A DNA stretch of 64,000 nt, from the IMG/VR virus record IMGVR_UViG_3300020178_000825, positions 62,001-126,000 of that record; one strand, 5' to 3'. The position numbers and the translations under genes were made by a program. Shown piece after piece: positions 28,521 to 39,119 of the stretch (positions within the stretch are counted from its first letter, which is position 1; each line of letters begins with the position of its first letter). Source of the stretch: an uncultured virus (IMG/VR IMGVR_UViG_3300020178_000825) (taxonomy: Duplodnaviria > Heunggongvirae > Uroviricota > Caudoviricetes). The notes below the pieces were generated by a model. That model saw only the letters and a list, made by a program, of their open reading frames with translations, ran no database searches and was not told where the DNA came from.

Positions 28521-28793
28521 TTAGTAAGTAATTGTACCTTTTTCTAAATCAATTTGTCCATTTGGATATTTTCCATCAATTTCAGCTAATTCTTTATTTA
28601 GAATTTCAATTGATTTATCCAAACTTTCACCTAATGTTAATTCCCTATTTTCCAAATCTTCAATACTTTTTGATAATTGTCTTTTTTGTACTGTGATTTG
28701 TCCTAATGAAATTACTATATTATTTTGTTCTTCTTGAATTTTTTTTAGTTTAGCAACTAAATTTAAATCCAATTGTTCTGTTTTGTTTTGCAT
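28521..28793 (-). CDS. Small coiled-coil protein (paralog of 23573-23941)
   Basis: LGQI...coiled coil...KYPNGQIDLEKGTITY; TACTTATA at 28810-28817. Confidence 0.65.
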   Translation of the reverse strand: MQNKTEQLDLNLVAKLKKIQEEQNNIVISLGQITVQKRQLSKSIEDLENRELTLGESLDKSIEILNKELAEIDGKYPNGQIDLEKGTITY

Positions 28794-28842
28794 GTTACCT
28801 TTATTTATATATAAGTATATATGAATTATATTTAACGAAAAA

Positions 28843-29232
28843 TTATTCCGGTTGAGTTGGTAAAGTATATGGAGGAGTTTGAGAAGTTACATCTCTTAAA
28901 TATTGTCGATATTGTAACCAATCATCTAATTTAGAACCAGTAATAGGAGAATGAGGAAGTACAACCCAATCCGATTTATCCAAAAGTTCATTTCTTTCTC
29001 TTCTAATATTTTGTAAATCTCTTTCGTTTTGTTCTTCGGTAGTTAATGGTACAACTGTGTGAATACCATCGATTACTCTACATCTAGTTTGCCTTGCCTC
29101 AATCCATTGTTCTTTTGTTAACTCTATGTTGGGAGTGTCCATAGAACCTGTATCGGGATGTATATCCGTTGGGAAAAATGCTTTATAATCCCCATTTTCA
29201 TCATAATGTCCAAAGTATCGTATATCACTCAT
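28843..29232 (-). CDS. Tail fibre assembly chaperone
   Basis: IRRERNELLDKSDW...WLQYRQYLRDV motif; directly downstream of the large fibre gene. Confidence 0.8.
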   Translation of the reverse strand: MSDIRYFGHYDENGDYKAFFPTDIHPDTGSMDTPNIELTKEQWIEARQTRCRVIDGIHTVVPLTTEEQNERDLQNIRRERNELLDKSDWVVLPHSPITGSKLDDWLQYRQYLRDVTSQTPPYTLPTQPE

Positions 29233-29243
29233 AATTTATTTTT

Positions 29244-32200
29244 TTAATGTCCGATTGCAATCCAAAATCCATAATTACCATCTAAAATTAATTCTACACC
29301 ATTTCTATCGTAGTTGTAAACATGATTATACCCGTTACTACCACCAGAATTTCTATTTGTAGAACAAACTACCGAATGAATAACATTTGGGAATTGGGTA
29401 GGGAATGCAACATATCTTGGTGATGATGTATCATAAATATGTCCCCATTGTAAGATAACACCACCAGGCAATTTTACATAACTATCATAGTTATCATTAA
29501 CTGAGTTAGTATCTGTGGTAGTTGCACCGGGACCATCATCTAATGATACAGCTAAGTTTTCAATATCTACACCATTGAGGTTATGGCCGTAAATATTTTT
29601 CCACATATCCGAAGCACTACCAAAATCAAAATCATCACCATTTTCTGGCATAAGATTACCTTTTACAGTCATTGCAGTCTGGCCAATTCCAGTTCCCGTA
29701 GCTTCGAAAATAGATTCTCCACCTTTTGCTTCTAAAATTGTTCCACCCCCAGTAGCTTGTCTAGGTATTTTAACAAATGTATCTGGGTCTGATACAACCT
29801 GAATACCACCTGCTTTAATTTCAACAAAGTTAGATGCTAACGCAAAACTAACATTAGTATCTAATAATAAATCAGGTTGATATCCACCCGCTCTACCCAA
29901 ATATCCAGCTGGTATTGGACCTGCTGCTCTTAGAGCATCATACCTAACAGTATGTGTTTTGTAACTATTTAAACTGTTACCAGATGAATCTACATTAATA
30001 GCTCTACCTGAAGCAGCTGCTAAACGTATAGAATATCTGAATGCTGCATTAGTTGCCGCTCGAGATATATTAATTGTTTTAGTTTGATTGCTTATTGCTG
30101 ATTGAGAACCAACATATCCACTTACAGTAGTAGCAGATGTATAAGTCCAAGTTGATGGGTTGTGTGATAAAATATCATTTGATATGTAATTATGAACACC
30201 CGGTACTTCAAATGTATATACCCACTCATCAGTTTCAATCTCTTCAACTGAATCAACTGTTTGTAGTTTTATAGTATCACCATCTACTATGTAAACTTTA
30301 GTTTCATTTGGTATAATATCAACTGCGGTTACTTCTTCATTATTATCTAACCAAAACCCATGAGTATCGGAAACTCTCACTTCCTTATCACCAACAACTA
30401 CTTTATAAACTTTATCTACTTTTCGTTTTTTTACTTTTTCTAATTTAAATGAATCAAATTTATTTATTTCATCTACACCATCTATTTTATCGTTCCAACT
30501 CCAAACTTTTAAAGGTTCACCACTAAATATCTGGTCTGCTCTCATTTTTCTTCCAGATGCTAATGTAATTTCAGTATCACCAGTTACTGAACTTATACCT
30601 GGGAAAGATGTTCCCCCACCACCACCGTCATTAACATCACCAACGTAATAATTACCAGCAGTATAATCACTTCTTGAATTAACGGCTGCTATTAATGTTC
30701 TACCCAAAACACTATTAGAGGTATCGGTATCTACACATTCTAAATAAAGATATGCATAGGCATATTTCGGAAAAGAACTTCCTCCATGTAGTTGAGAATT
30801 ATAAGTTGGATTATAATTTGGATAAGATGTAGTATGTGATACCGAACTACCTTCTGGTTTCATCAAATACATTTCTGGTACATTTATCGTTACTTCTAAA
30901 TCACCAGCAGTTACACCAAACAATCCATCATCTGTTCCCTCATCATCAGAATCACTTAATCCACCAGATATGTAACTACCAAATTGAACAAGTGTTGTTG
31001 TAGCACTGGATGCTTGTGATATTATACCGCTTGAATTTCCAGTACCAGCGTATCTAACATCACTGGGGTCTGGTGCTGCTGTTATCCATTCTACAGTAGT
31101 TGTAGTTCCACCCGTACCAGTTAAGGTATCCGATGGAGAAATAATTACTTTCTTAGCAGCTGCACTATCAAATAATTGTATTTCAGGAATATTAGGTTCA
31201 AATACGATTTCAGAGTTATCATCTCTTAATGCCTGAGTATCTTCATCAATTACCCAAGAACCAATTCTACCAGAATTAGCATTGATAATACCCTGAATGT
31301 TTGCATCGGAAGCTGATAATGCTCCCTGAGCATTTACACTAAATGATGCACTTACTCCAGTAGCTGGTACGCTGATTGTACCTCCAACAATATCCGAACC
31401 TTCAATTGCCCCACCAATAATATCCGAACTCATTTGTACTACACTACCATCATATCTAAAGAAACTACCATCAGGTCCTCTCATAGAAATTCTTGGAACA
31501 GTTGAACCAGATGGGAATCCGAAAAATAATCCTTGCGCATCATATGATGCAGTAAGCTGTCCCATAGATAAGAATGGGAGAGTTTGTCCATCCAATGAAC
31601 CAGATGTTGATATTCTTAATGCTTCTCCAGTTATACTTCTTGGTTCAACTCTACCAGCAGTAAGTGAACCAGCATTAATTGTATTTACACCTTCTCCACC
31701 ACCACCTGCATACATTCTATCAATTAAATATAAAGTTACGCTTCCTGCGTTATGTAGTTCTATATCACTACCATAGTTATTATCTTCCGTTGAACGTAAA
31801 GTTGTTGAGTTTAGATATTGAACAATTGGAATATACAAATCTACAATATTACCAATACCTAAAACAGGTACATCATATGCATGAATGTACGCACTCATTC
31901 TTGGGTCAGCTCCACTATCAAGGCTACCATGAAACCACTCATCTGGTATATAAGGTGAACCGATAGCATCTTCCCAAGATGAATCGGATGTTATAATTTG
32001 ATTTGTACCAGCTTGCCAAACTAAGTTAGAGGCATTGGCACCACCAGCATCTAAATTAAATGAACCAGTCCACCAAAAATCAATTTCATATGATGAATTA
32101 AGTGCGTATAAGTTTGGAGTTACTTTAAAGTGTGCATTATCTGAACCAAAGAAAGAACCAGATGCTGAACCTGTTACTAAGTTTGTTGTGGTTACAAGAC

Positions 32201-35200
32201 CAAATGCTGTCATAACTGCAGAACCACTACCAAATGGGTCTGCGGTTCTCGTCATTTGTTTATATGCATTATCACCAACATCAGAAATTGATGTATTTCT
32301 TTCAATAATTGCTCTACTACCTCCACCTTGATTTGTTATAGCATCCGTAAAATCAATATAAGATAAAGATTGAGTTACAACACTTTCACCAAAGTATTGA
32401 TTACCCACATCATATGTTGATGGGAAGAATACACCAGTATTATCAATTACCAATCCACCAAATATACCAGCCGATGCTGATACGATACCAGAAACTTTTA
32501 AATTACCCGATGATTGTTGGAATGATAATGAACCACCTTCTTCTCCTCCTAAATAAAAGTTACCATTATTATCTAAAAATGCGTTCCAATCAGTTCCATC
32601 GTGATAACCTAAATTATCAGAACCTAAATATAGACCTGGAACTGATGGAGTTGCTGGTAATTCTCCCAATTCGAAGAAATCAGGACTACTACCTGGTCCG
32701 AATTGATATTCCGATGGGTTTATAAATCCACCTGTTGCGTTGTTGATAGCATCAACGCTTGAAGTGGTTGCGGCAGAACCTCCTTTGATTTGTATCGAAC
32801 CTGCTATTTCTAAATCATAACCATCCCATCTTAGATATCTATCACCAGTATCATTTTCTATTGAGAATAATCCAGATGTTCCTTGTGTTCCATTAGGTCC
32901 ACCATCTTCAGTTACACCCAAAAATATACCTTGCTGTCCATATCCTTGAGTTCCTTGTCCGATGGCTATATAAGGTTCACTATCACCACCATAAATTGCT
33001 ATTTGTGGATTAACACTATAATCAGTTGATGGTTTACCAACATTTATTGTGTTTTCTACAAATGATTCTTCAAAAATTGCAATCTTAGCAGCTACGAAGA
33101 AATCTTCTTGTCCTAAGTATTCCCACCCAGTTGTTGCATCTTCATAACCTTCTTCATATGGTGGGCCAGGTGGTAATGTTGGTTGTGCGGTATATGGTGC
33201 ACTTCCATCAGTATATGCTGGTTTGTTTATAAGTGCTTCAGTTGTTGCCCAATAGTGTGTATCACCACTAATCTCTTGAACAACCGCATCTCTTCTTGTT
33301 CCAGTAAACAGATATGGAACATTCGCATTCCACTCACCTCTTACAACAACACCAGGACCAGTTGCTCCTTCGAATGTTACTGCAAATGATTGTGATAAGA
33401 AATAAGTTGCTCTACCATTTTCAATATCAACTTTGTAAACAATTGTTCCAGTTGGATTATCAAATGGTGAAGTCCAACCACCATTTGGTATTTCAGGTAA
33501 AGTTGCAGGGTTTCCAGCGAATATTCCCGTTTGATTTAAATAAGGACTTTTAGATTCTATCGATGCAGAATATTGTCCTAAGTTACCAATAAATACACCC
33601 TGCTCATCATAAACATAGTCGGATGGTGAATATGAAGTTACGTGAGTTAGCGGTGTTACACCTTTTACGGCTCTGATTACAGCACCACTACCAGTAAAGT
33701 GAGTTGTACCATCTACATCAGATGTAAGAGTTACAGATGGGTTATCCAATTGTACATTATAATTTGATGCTCCATCTTGTACACCAGTAATAGTAATTGC
33801 ATCAGTAGCTACTACATTAGCCGTTGAACCACCATCTCTAATTCGTACCTCCCAGCTTACAGTTTCACCAGCTTCAGTTGCATCACCAGAACCAACAGTT
33901 ACTGTATTTGTTTGTGAATATGGTTGCCACACATAACTATCTCTAAAGAATCCGTAATAAACAGAACCTGTTGTATTGTAAGCTTCAGCAGTTAATGTAA
34001 TTGCACCTAATGGAGATGTTACCTGTCCATCACCATCAAAGTGAACTACTTCTGATGTTGCTGTTAACTCAACACTTCTAGCGTTTGGAGGTGTAATACT
34101 TTTAACAAAATTTTGAGTTCTTTCAAAAACAGAAGATGAATATTCATGACCAGGTCCTAATGAAAATGGAAATACATTAATATTATATGTAACACTAGCA
34201 GATACATATGGATATTCAAATTCACTAAATTCAACACTAGCAGATATTCCACCTTCCAACGAAACTAAATTTGAAGTTATGTTTGTTGTATTAATAGATT
34301 CTAAAGTAAATGTACCAGGTGCACCACTACTGGTGTTTATTAAATTATCAGAACCCTCTTTTACCGTAATTGTTGTTGTAGCGTTGGAATAATCACCTAC
34401 AAATTCTACTTCATTAGCAATTAAAGTTACAGATTGAGGAACTATGTTTAGTTCTATTGGAGGAGGTCCATCTAATATTTTAGTAAAATTTTGAGTAAAA
34501 CTTTGTGTGTAAACAGATGATGTAAAGTAAGGTCTAATCTCTAATGGATATGTAATACTACCACTAAGTTGTGTAAAGTTTGATGATTCACTTACAATCA
34601 ATGATGCCGTATAATCAGTACCAAATGATGAAGTTAAGTGTAGTAATCCCACTTCAATGTTTTGTGAACTGATAGATTCGGATGCTATTGTAAACGTACC
34701 GGGTTCTGCACTACCCGTAAATATTAATCGTCTTGAACCCTGTCTTAAACTAATATCAGTTATAGATTGTTTAAAATCATTGACATTACCTCTACTATCC
34801 GATTTTAGATTTACAGTCTGAGGGTTAACTTCAAACAATACAGTTTCATCACCCGGCTTACCTTCAGGTACAATGGTGAAAATATGGTCAACTTGAACCG
34901 ATGCAGAAGTTACTGGTTCTGTGTAAGTAAAGTTTACCAATAGTTGTTTGCTTTGTGAAGCAGGTAACCCAATATATGAACCCAACTCACCATGTGGTGA
35001 ATAGAATCCATTCTCATCATATGCCGTTACCTCAATACTTTCATCTTTAGAATGAGATACAAAATACATCCAGTATTCAGGAACAAAATCTTTATTGATT
35101 GACATCGATGGGAATATCTCAATCGATGCTGATACTGGATTTGCTTTAGTACCCCTCTTATAAAAAGAACCCGTTACACTACTAAATTGCGGAGTAAATT

Positions 35201-37652
35201 GAGTTTGTGTTCTTGGATTAATAGTAAATACATCTGCATCAAATGTTACAAACCCACTATCTAAACCATCTTGTAAATCGGTAAGAATAATTGATGTAAG
35301 AATTGATTGAGAAGTTTCACCATCCATTAAGAATACGGTCAATTCATTATCAATAGAATCTCTATTAAATCTTGCGTTATAATCAATTTCACCACTACCA
35401 GTTAAACCAGCGTTTAATCCTTTAATAAATTTAGTAGATGATGCCTCTGAAAGAAGTATATAAGAACCACTTTCTTCCAATGTTACTTCATCTATTGATG
35501 ATGAAAGGACTCTAAGTTTTGCATCGGAAAATCCAGTTTGTGGTAAATTATCTTTAAGAATAATTTCATTAATACCATCAATACGAATTGCTTGAATTTC
35601 TAATTCTTTATCATCTTTGTTTTTGATAATTGTACCTCTGTAAGGCCTAATCTCAAAGTTTACACCACCCTTACCATCTTGAACTCTAGTGATTACGAAT
35701 GAATCGGTTACACCCTCAACCTCACCAGTATATTCAATATATTGAACTGTAATATCATCTCTTGAACCAGTATAATCAGATACATTTAATTTTACAATAT
35801 CTTTATCTCTGTCCGTTAATAGACCAGGAAATACCCCACCATTATATTGTGATGATGATAATAAATTTCCAAACTCATCATATGCACCAGATGTAAATGT
35901 TACCGAACCAGTTATTACTCTTTTTTCAACATCAATAAAAATGTTTAATGGAGGTAATGGATTTGCAGGTGCCGATGCTGAATCAAATGCAAAATATAAT
36001 TGATTTGGTGTAAGAATTAATTCTTTTGTAAATAAGTTTAAGTTACCACCTGTGAATGTTTTTGTTTCTTCAACTAATACAGGTATGTAATTATTATTTA
36101 TATCATAAAATTCAAAACGAAAATCAAATGTTTCTTCAGCTAATGTTTTTGGTACACTTTGTATAAATGTAATTTCATCGGGAGAAAAAGAAGTTTCTTC
36201 TGCTGCTCTTAATGAAATATTATTAATTAACCAATCATTACCTTTTACTTCAAAATATAATTGTGAACCAGATATATTATCTGCAATTATATTTTCATTT
36301 ACTAAAGTTTTTTGTAATAATTCATTCGAACTACCTATATTTGTAATTGTTTGTGCTACAGTTGTATTTCCAAACGAACCACTTAGATAAACTTTTAAAT
36401 AATCATCGGCTGAGATGTTTGTTCTTTTTCTAACATTAAACGATAAATTATATTCAACACCATTGGTTATACCCAATGATTGAGATGTATAAAAATATTG
36501 TGGAGTAGATGCCCCATTATCAAGTTCAACAGAATTGTATAAAAAATCTTGATTAAATGTAGTTACTAAATCATTTGATGATGTTAACCAATAATTATTA
36601 ATGTAGTTTTGACTTAGATTACCATAGAAAGTTTCCGTTGATTCAACACTTTCTAAATCTCTCAACAATTCGTTTGATTCTAATTGTATTTCTTGTACGA
36701 ACTCATAATCAGTTAATTGGGATACCGATTTTCTAAACACCTTAACCCTAGCGGCATCACCAACAAATGTTTTCATATTGGTGATGTTAATTTTAGCAAA
36801 TGAACCAGTTAAAGCGGTTGCTAAATCAACTGCCCCCTCAACATATGGAAATGATACCGAATAATTTTGAGATGAAAATGGTTTAACTAAATCCGATTCA
36901 GAATATGGTGGAGATACTAATACTTCATCTTTGTTGACAATATCAGTAATGGTTGGTGAATAGTTTAGTCCACTAAATTCTATTTGTTGACCAACCGCAG
37001 AACCGGTCCAATATGTATCATCTGTGATTTTTAATCTATATGATGTTGGTAAAGAAAAATTAGATAGTTGAGTATTTTCGGTTGGGATTAAAGGTAAACC
37101 ATCTACTTGCCCAGTTTGAGTAATTGTTTGTGGGGTTTTGTTAAATATTGGTTTAACTATCTCATCAATACCCACCTTAGGTCTACGATAAAATCTTACC
37201 CTATCTTCGTTTGATAGATTTTTATTAATCTGAAAAGTTCTTTCCCATTTAACATTATAAGCACCTCGCCAATCTGATGGAATTTGTCTTTTTACACCAT
37301 TATCATCATACTCCTTTAGTTCACCCAAAATAGTAATCTTACCCAATCCGATTGGAGTATCTTCATAGATATAAACAGCTATTAACTTTGATATACCTTC
37401 ATAGTATTCTGGGATTCCATTACCTGGTTCATAATATATTGGTTCTCCATTAACATCTAAAATCTCAATTTTTATTTCAGTAGATTCTTTTAGATATTCT
37501 GAACCCTCTATTAGGAATCCATTTTTACCACCAGTAAATGTATCTTTAAATTCGGTAATTCTAAAATAATCCGAATTGGGATTTTCATCTACTATTAAAG
37601 TTTGAAACGATGATAAATTTTGTTCAGGTGAATACTTTTTAATTCTGGCCAT
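29244..37652 (-). CDS. Very large tail/fibre protein (2802 aa) with internal Hint domain and C-terminal fibre tip domain
   Basis: Beta-rich, Ser/Thr/Gly-rich; C-terminal YVKLPGGVILQWG...FPTQFPN is typical of tail-fibre tips; chaperone gene downstream. Confidence 0.8.
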   Translation of the reverse strand: MARIKKYSPEQNLSSFQTLIVDENPNSDYFRITEFKDTFTGGKNGFLIEGSEYLKESTEIKIEILDVNGEPIYYEPGNGIPEYYEGISKLIAVYIYEDTPIGLGKITILGELKEYDDNGVKRQIPSDWRGAYNVKWERTFQINKNLSNEDRVRFYRRPKVGIDEIVKPIFNKTPQTITQTGQVDGLPLIPTENTQLSNFSLPTSYRLKITDDTYWTGSAVGQQIEFSGLNYSPTITDIVNKDEVLVSPPYSESDLVKPFSSQNYSVSFPYVEGAVDLATALTGSFAKINITNMKTFVGDAARVKVFRKSVSQLTDYEFVQEIQLESNELLRDLESVESTETFYGNLSQNYINNYWLTSSNDLVTTFNQDFLYNSVELDNGASTPQYFYTSQSLGITNGVEYNLSFNVRKRTNISADDYLKVYLSGSFGNTTVAQTITNIGSSNELLQKTLVNENIIADNISGSQLYFEVKGNDWLINNISLRAAEETSFSPDEITFIQSVPKTLAEETFDFRFEFYDINNNYIPVLVEETKTFTGGNLNLFTKELILTPNQLYFAFDSASAPANPLPPLNIFIDVEKRVITGSVTFTSGAYDEFGNLLSSSQYNGGVFPGLLTDRDKDIVKLNVSDYTGSRDDITVQYIEYTGEVEGVTDSFVITRVQDGKGGVNFEIRPYRGTIIKNKDDKELEIQAIRIDGINEIILKDNLPQTGFSDAKLRVLSSSIDEVTLEESGSYILLSEASSTKFIKGLNAGLTGSGEIDYNARFNRDSIDNELTVFLMDGETSQSILTSIILTDLQDGLDSGFVTFDADVFTINPRTQTQFTPQFSSVTGSFYKRGTKANPVSASIEIFPSMSINKDFVPEYWMYFVSHSKDESIEVTAYDENGFYSPHGELGSYIGLPASQSKQLLVNFTYTEPVTSASVQVDHIFTIVPEGKPGDETVLFEVNPQTVNLKSDSRGNVNDFKQSITDISLRQGSRRLIFTGSAEPGTFTIASESISSQNIEVGLLHLTSSFGTDYTASLIVSESSNFTQLSGSITYPLEIRPYFTSSVYTQSFTQNFTKILDGPPPIELNIVPQSVTLIANEVEFVGDYSNATTTITVKEGSDNLINTSSGAPGTFTLESINTTNITSNLVSLEGGISASVEFSEFEYPYVSASVTYNINVFPFSLGPGHEYSSSVFERTQNFVKSITPPNARSVELTATSEVVHFDGDGQVTSPLGAITLTAEAYNTTGSVYYGFFRDSYVWQPYSQTNTVTVGSGDATEAGETVSWEVRIRDGGSTANVVATDAITITGVQDGASNYNVQLDNPSVTLTSDVDGTTHFTGSGAVIRAVKGVTPLTHVTSYSPSDYVYDEQGVFIGNLGQYSASIESKSPYLNQTGIFAGNPATLPEIPNGGWTSPFDNPTGTIVYKVDIENGRATYFLSQSFAVTFEGATGPGVVVRGEWNANVPYLFTGTRRDAVVQEISGDTHYWATTEALINKPAYTDGSAPYTAQPTLPPGPPYEEGYEDATTGWEYLGQEDFFVAAKIAIFEESFVENTINVGKPSTDYSVNPQIAIYGGDSEPYIAIGQGTQGYGQQGIFLGVTEDGGPNGTQGTSGLFSIENDTGDRYLRWDGYDLEIAGSIQIKGGSAATTSSVDAINNATGGFINPSEYQFGPGSSPDFFELGELPATPSVPGLYLGSDNLGYHDGTDWNAFLDNNGNFYLGGEEGGSLSFQQSSGNLKVSGIVSASAGIFGGLVIDNTGVFFPSTYDVGNQYFGESVVTQSLSYIDFTDAITNQGGGSRAIIERNTSISDVGDNAYKQMTRTADPFGSGSAVMTAFGLVTTTNLVTGSASGSFFGSDNAHFKVTPNLYALNSSYEIDFWWTGSFNLDAGGANASNLVWQAGTNQIITSDSSWEDAIGSPYIPDEWFHGSLDSGADPRMSAYIHAYDVPVLGIGNIVDLYIPIVQYLNSTTLRSTEDNNYGSDIELHNAGSVTLYLIDRMYAGGGGEGVNTINAGSLTAGRVEPRSITGEALRISTSGSLDGQTLPFLSMGQLTASYDAQGLFFGFPSGSTVPRISMRGPDGSFFRYDGSVVQMSSDIIGGAIEGSDIVGGTISVPATGVSASFSVNAQGALSASDANIQGIINANSGRIGSWVIDEDTQALRDDNSEIVFEPNIPEIQLFDSAAAKKVIISPSDTLTGTGGTTTTVEWITAAPDPSDVRYAGTGNSSGIISQASSATTTLVQFGSYISGGLSDSDDEGTDDGLFGVTAGDLEVTINVPEMYLMKPEGSSVSHTTSYPNYNPTYNSQLHGGSSFPKYAYAYLYLECVDTDTSNSVLGRTLIAAVNSRSDYTAGNYYVGDVNDGGGGGTSFPGISSVTGDTEITLASGRKMRADQIFSGEPLKVWSWNDKIDGVDEINKFDSFKLEKVKKRKVDKVYKVVVGDKEVRVSDTHGFWLDNNEEVTAVDIIPNETKVYIVDGDTIKLQTVDSVEEIETDEWVYTFEVPGVHNYISNDILSHNPSTWTYTSATTVSGYVGSQSAISNQTKTINISRAATNAAFRYSIRLAAASGRAINVDSSGNSLNSYKTHTVRYDALRAAGPIPAGYLGRAGGYQPDLLLDTNVSFALASNFVEIKAGGIQVVSDPDTFVKIPRQATGGGTILEAKGGESIFEATGTGIGQTAMTVKGNLMPENGDDFDFGSASDMWKNIYGHNLNGVDIENLAVSLDDGPGATTTDTNSVNDNYDSYVKLPGGVILQWGHIYDTSSPRYVAFPTQFPNVIHSVVCSTNRNSGGSNGYNHVYNYDRNGVELILDGNYGFWIAIGH
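30159..30590 (-). other. Hint (intein-like) domain, 144 aa, without endonuclease
   Basis: Starts SVTGDTEI, block B VSDTHGFW, block F VYTFEVPGVHNY, ends ILSHN followed by Pro. Confidence 0.85.
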
Positions 37653-37715
37653 TAACTAAAGTTTCTTTGTTATTCCTATATAAGTATTTAATAAATTTTA
37701 TTTTTAGTATTTATT

Positions 37716-37742
37716 CTAAAGAAAACTAAAGAGTTCTAAAGA
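37716..37742 (+). repeat. Three CTAAAGA direct repeats at a 10-bp period (putative operator)
   Basis: Copies at 37716, 37726 and 37736, ending just before the ATG at 37743. Confidence 0.6.
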
Positions 37743-38138
37743 ATGAAGAAAAAATACCCAGATAACATTGTATATGATGAAAAGGATGGGTTCAATGCCA
37801 ATATTTTACCATATGGTAGTAATGTTGGGGCACCATCAATTAAGGTAGAAAATATAGCAGTTTGGAAGGGTGTAAGTGTTAATAAAGTTAACAAACAATT
37901 TTCAGCTAAGTTTAATGAACTTAAAGAAGAGTATCAAAAATTGGTTGAAGAATATCAATGGAATGATTTAGTTTACAAATCTAAATTTAATTTTGAACCT
38001 GTTATTGGTGAAACCTATTATTTGTACATAGGTGATAGTGGTGAAATGTTTTTATCACTTATTGAACCAACTATGTGGAATAGAGAACACATTGGTTCAT
38101 TCACACTTAACAGTGAAAGAAAATGGATAAAATTATGA
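37743..38138 (+). CDS. DUF2452-like protein
   Basis: LPYGSNVGAP and FEPVIGETYYLY...FLSLIEP..W motifs, recalled from DUF2452, which I know mainly from Bacteroidota. Confidence 0.65.
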   Translation: MKKKYPDNIVYDEKDGFNANILPYGSNVGAPSIKVENIAVWKGVSVNKVNKQFSAKFNELKEEYQKLVEEYQWNDLVYKSKFNFEPVIGETYYLYIGDSGEMFLSLIEPTMWNREHIGSFTLNSERKWIKL

Positions 38139-38305
38139 ATAAAAAATATGCAATGTTACAAATTGATGCCGAAGTTCATCAATTATTAAAGTCCTTTTGT
38201 AAGGATAAAGGATATAAAATGAATGGGTTGGTAGAATCTCTCATAAAAGAAAAGGTTTCACCAAATGCGAAACCACTTCCTACTAATGTTCTTAAAACTA
38301 AATAA
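38135..38305 (+). CDS. Ribbon-helix-helix-like DNA-binding protein
   Basis: YAMLQIDAEVHQLLKSFCKDKGYKMNGLVESLI (beta-helix-G-helix); ATGA overlap with the upstream stop. Confidence 0.65.
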   Translation: MNKKYAMLQIDAEVHQLLKSFCKDKGYKMNGLVESLIKEKVSPNAKPLPTNVLKTK

Positions 38306-39116
38306 CTGCTCTCCCTTTCATCTTTTCCCAATCTCTATTCTTTCTAACTGAGTAATTAGTTTGTTCTACTGCACTGAGTACATTATCAACCACATTCAAA
38401 TCTTCTGCTAATCTTAAAAGTGCTGATAAATCTTTGGGGAAACAATGTCCACCAAAACCAAAATCACCATCATGACCCGGTACGTTCCAATGTGATTTAC
38501 CCAATCTTTCATCGTGGGTTGCATATTCTACTACTTTATCATAATCGATATCTAAACCTTTACAAATTTGATATATCTCATTTGCAAAAGATACTTTAGT
38601 TGAAAGAAATGTATTTGTTAAATACTTTACCATTTCAGCATGAGTTGAATCAGTTTTTATTATATATGCACTTGGAAATACTTTTGAAAATATTCTTTTC
38701 AGATGAGTAGTTGTTGGTCTTGGTCCTCCTAATATAATTCGGTTTTGATTTTCGTAATCTTTAACCGCATTTCTTTCAGTAAGGAATTCTGGATTGAATA
38801 CGATGTTTGTTTTATATTCATCATTCCATTTTTGAGTAGTACCGGGTACAATAGTTGATTTAACCACAATACCCTTCGTTTTACCAATCTCATCAATTTG
38901 TTTGATTACACCTTCTACAATATTGGTATTACAACTACCATCCCCATTCATTGGAGTTGGTAAGCAAGTGAATACATAATCACATTTAGCAACTTCTTCT
39001 AAGATTGAATTACATTTAGTTTCATCTAAATCATAAGTAAGTACATCATAATACTCTTTGAATTTCTGATACACCGCATTACCCACAAAACCCTGTCCAA
39101 CAATTCCTATTTTCAT
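38298..39116 (-). CDS. ugd: UDP-glucose/GDP-mannose dehydrogenase family protein (short form)
   Basis: GQGFVG Rossmann motif, VKSTIVPG, NPEFL and GFGGHCFPKD. Confidence 0.85.
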   Translation of the reverse strand: MKIGIVGQGFVGNAVYQKFKEYYDVLTYDLDETKCNSILEEVAKCDYVFTCLPTPMNGDGSCNTNIVEGVIKQIDEIGKTKGIVVKSTIVPGTTQKWNDEYKTNIVFNPEFLTERNAVKDYENQNRIILGGPRPTTTHLKRIFSKVFPSAYIIKTDSTHAEMVKYLTNTFLSTKVSFANEIYQICKGLDIDYDKVVEYATHDERLGKSHWNVPGHDGDFGFGGHCFPKDLSALLRLAEDLNVVDNVLSAVEQTNYSVRKNRDWEKMKGRAVI

Positions 39117-39119
39117 TTA

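Noticed and set aside
30159..30590. Mobile homing intein in the fibre gene
   Set aside because: No endonuclease domain and Pro at +1, so canonical splicing and homing are unlikely; kept as a Hint cleavage domain.
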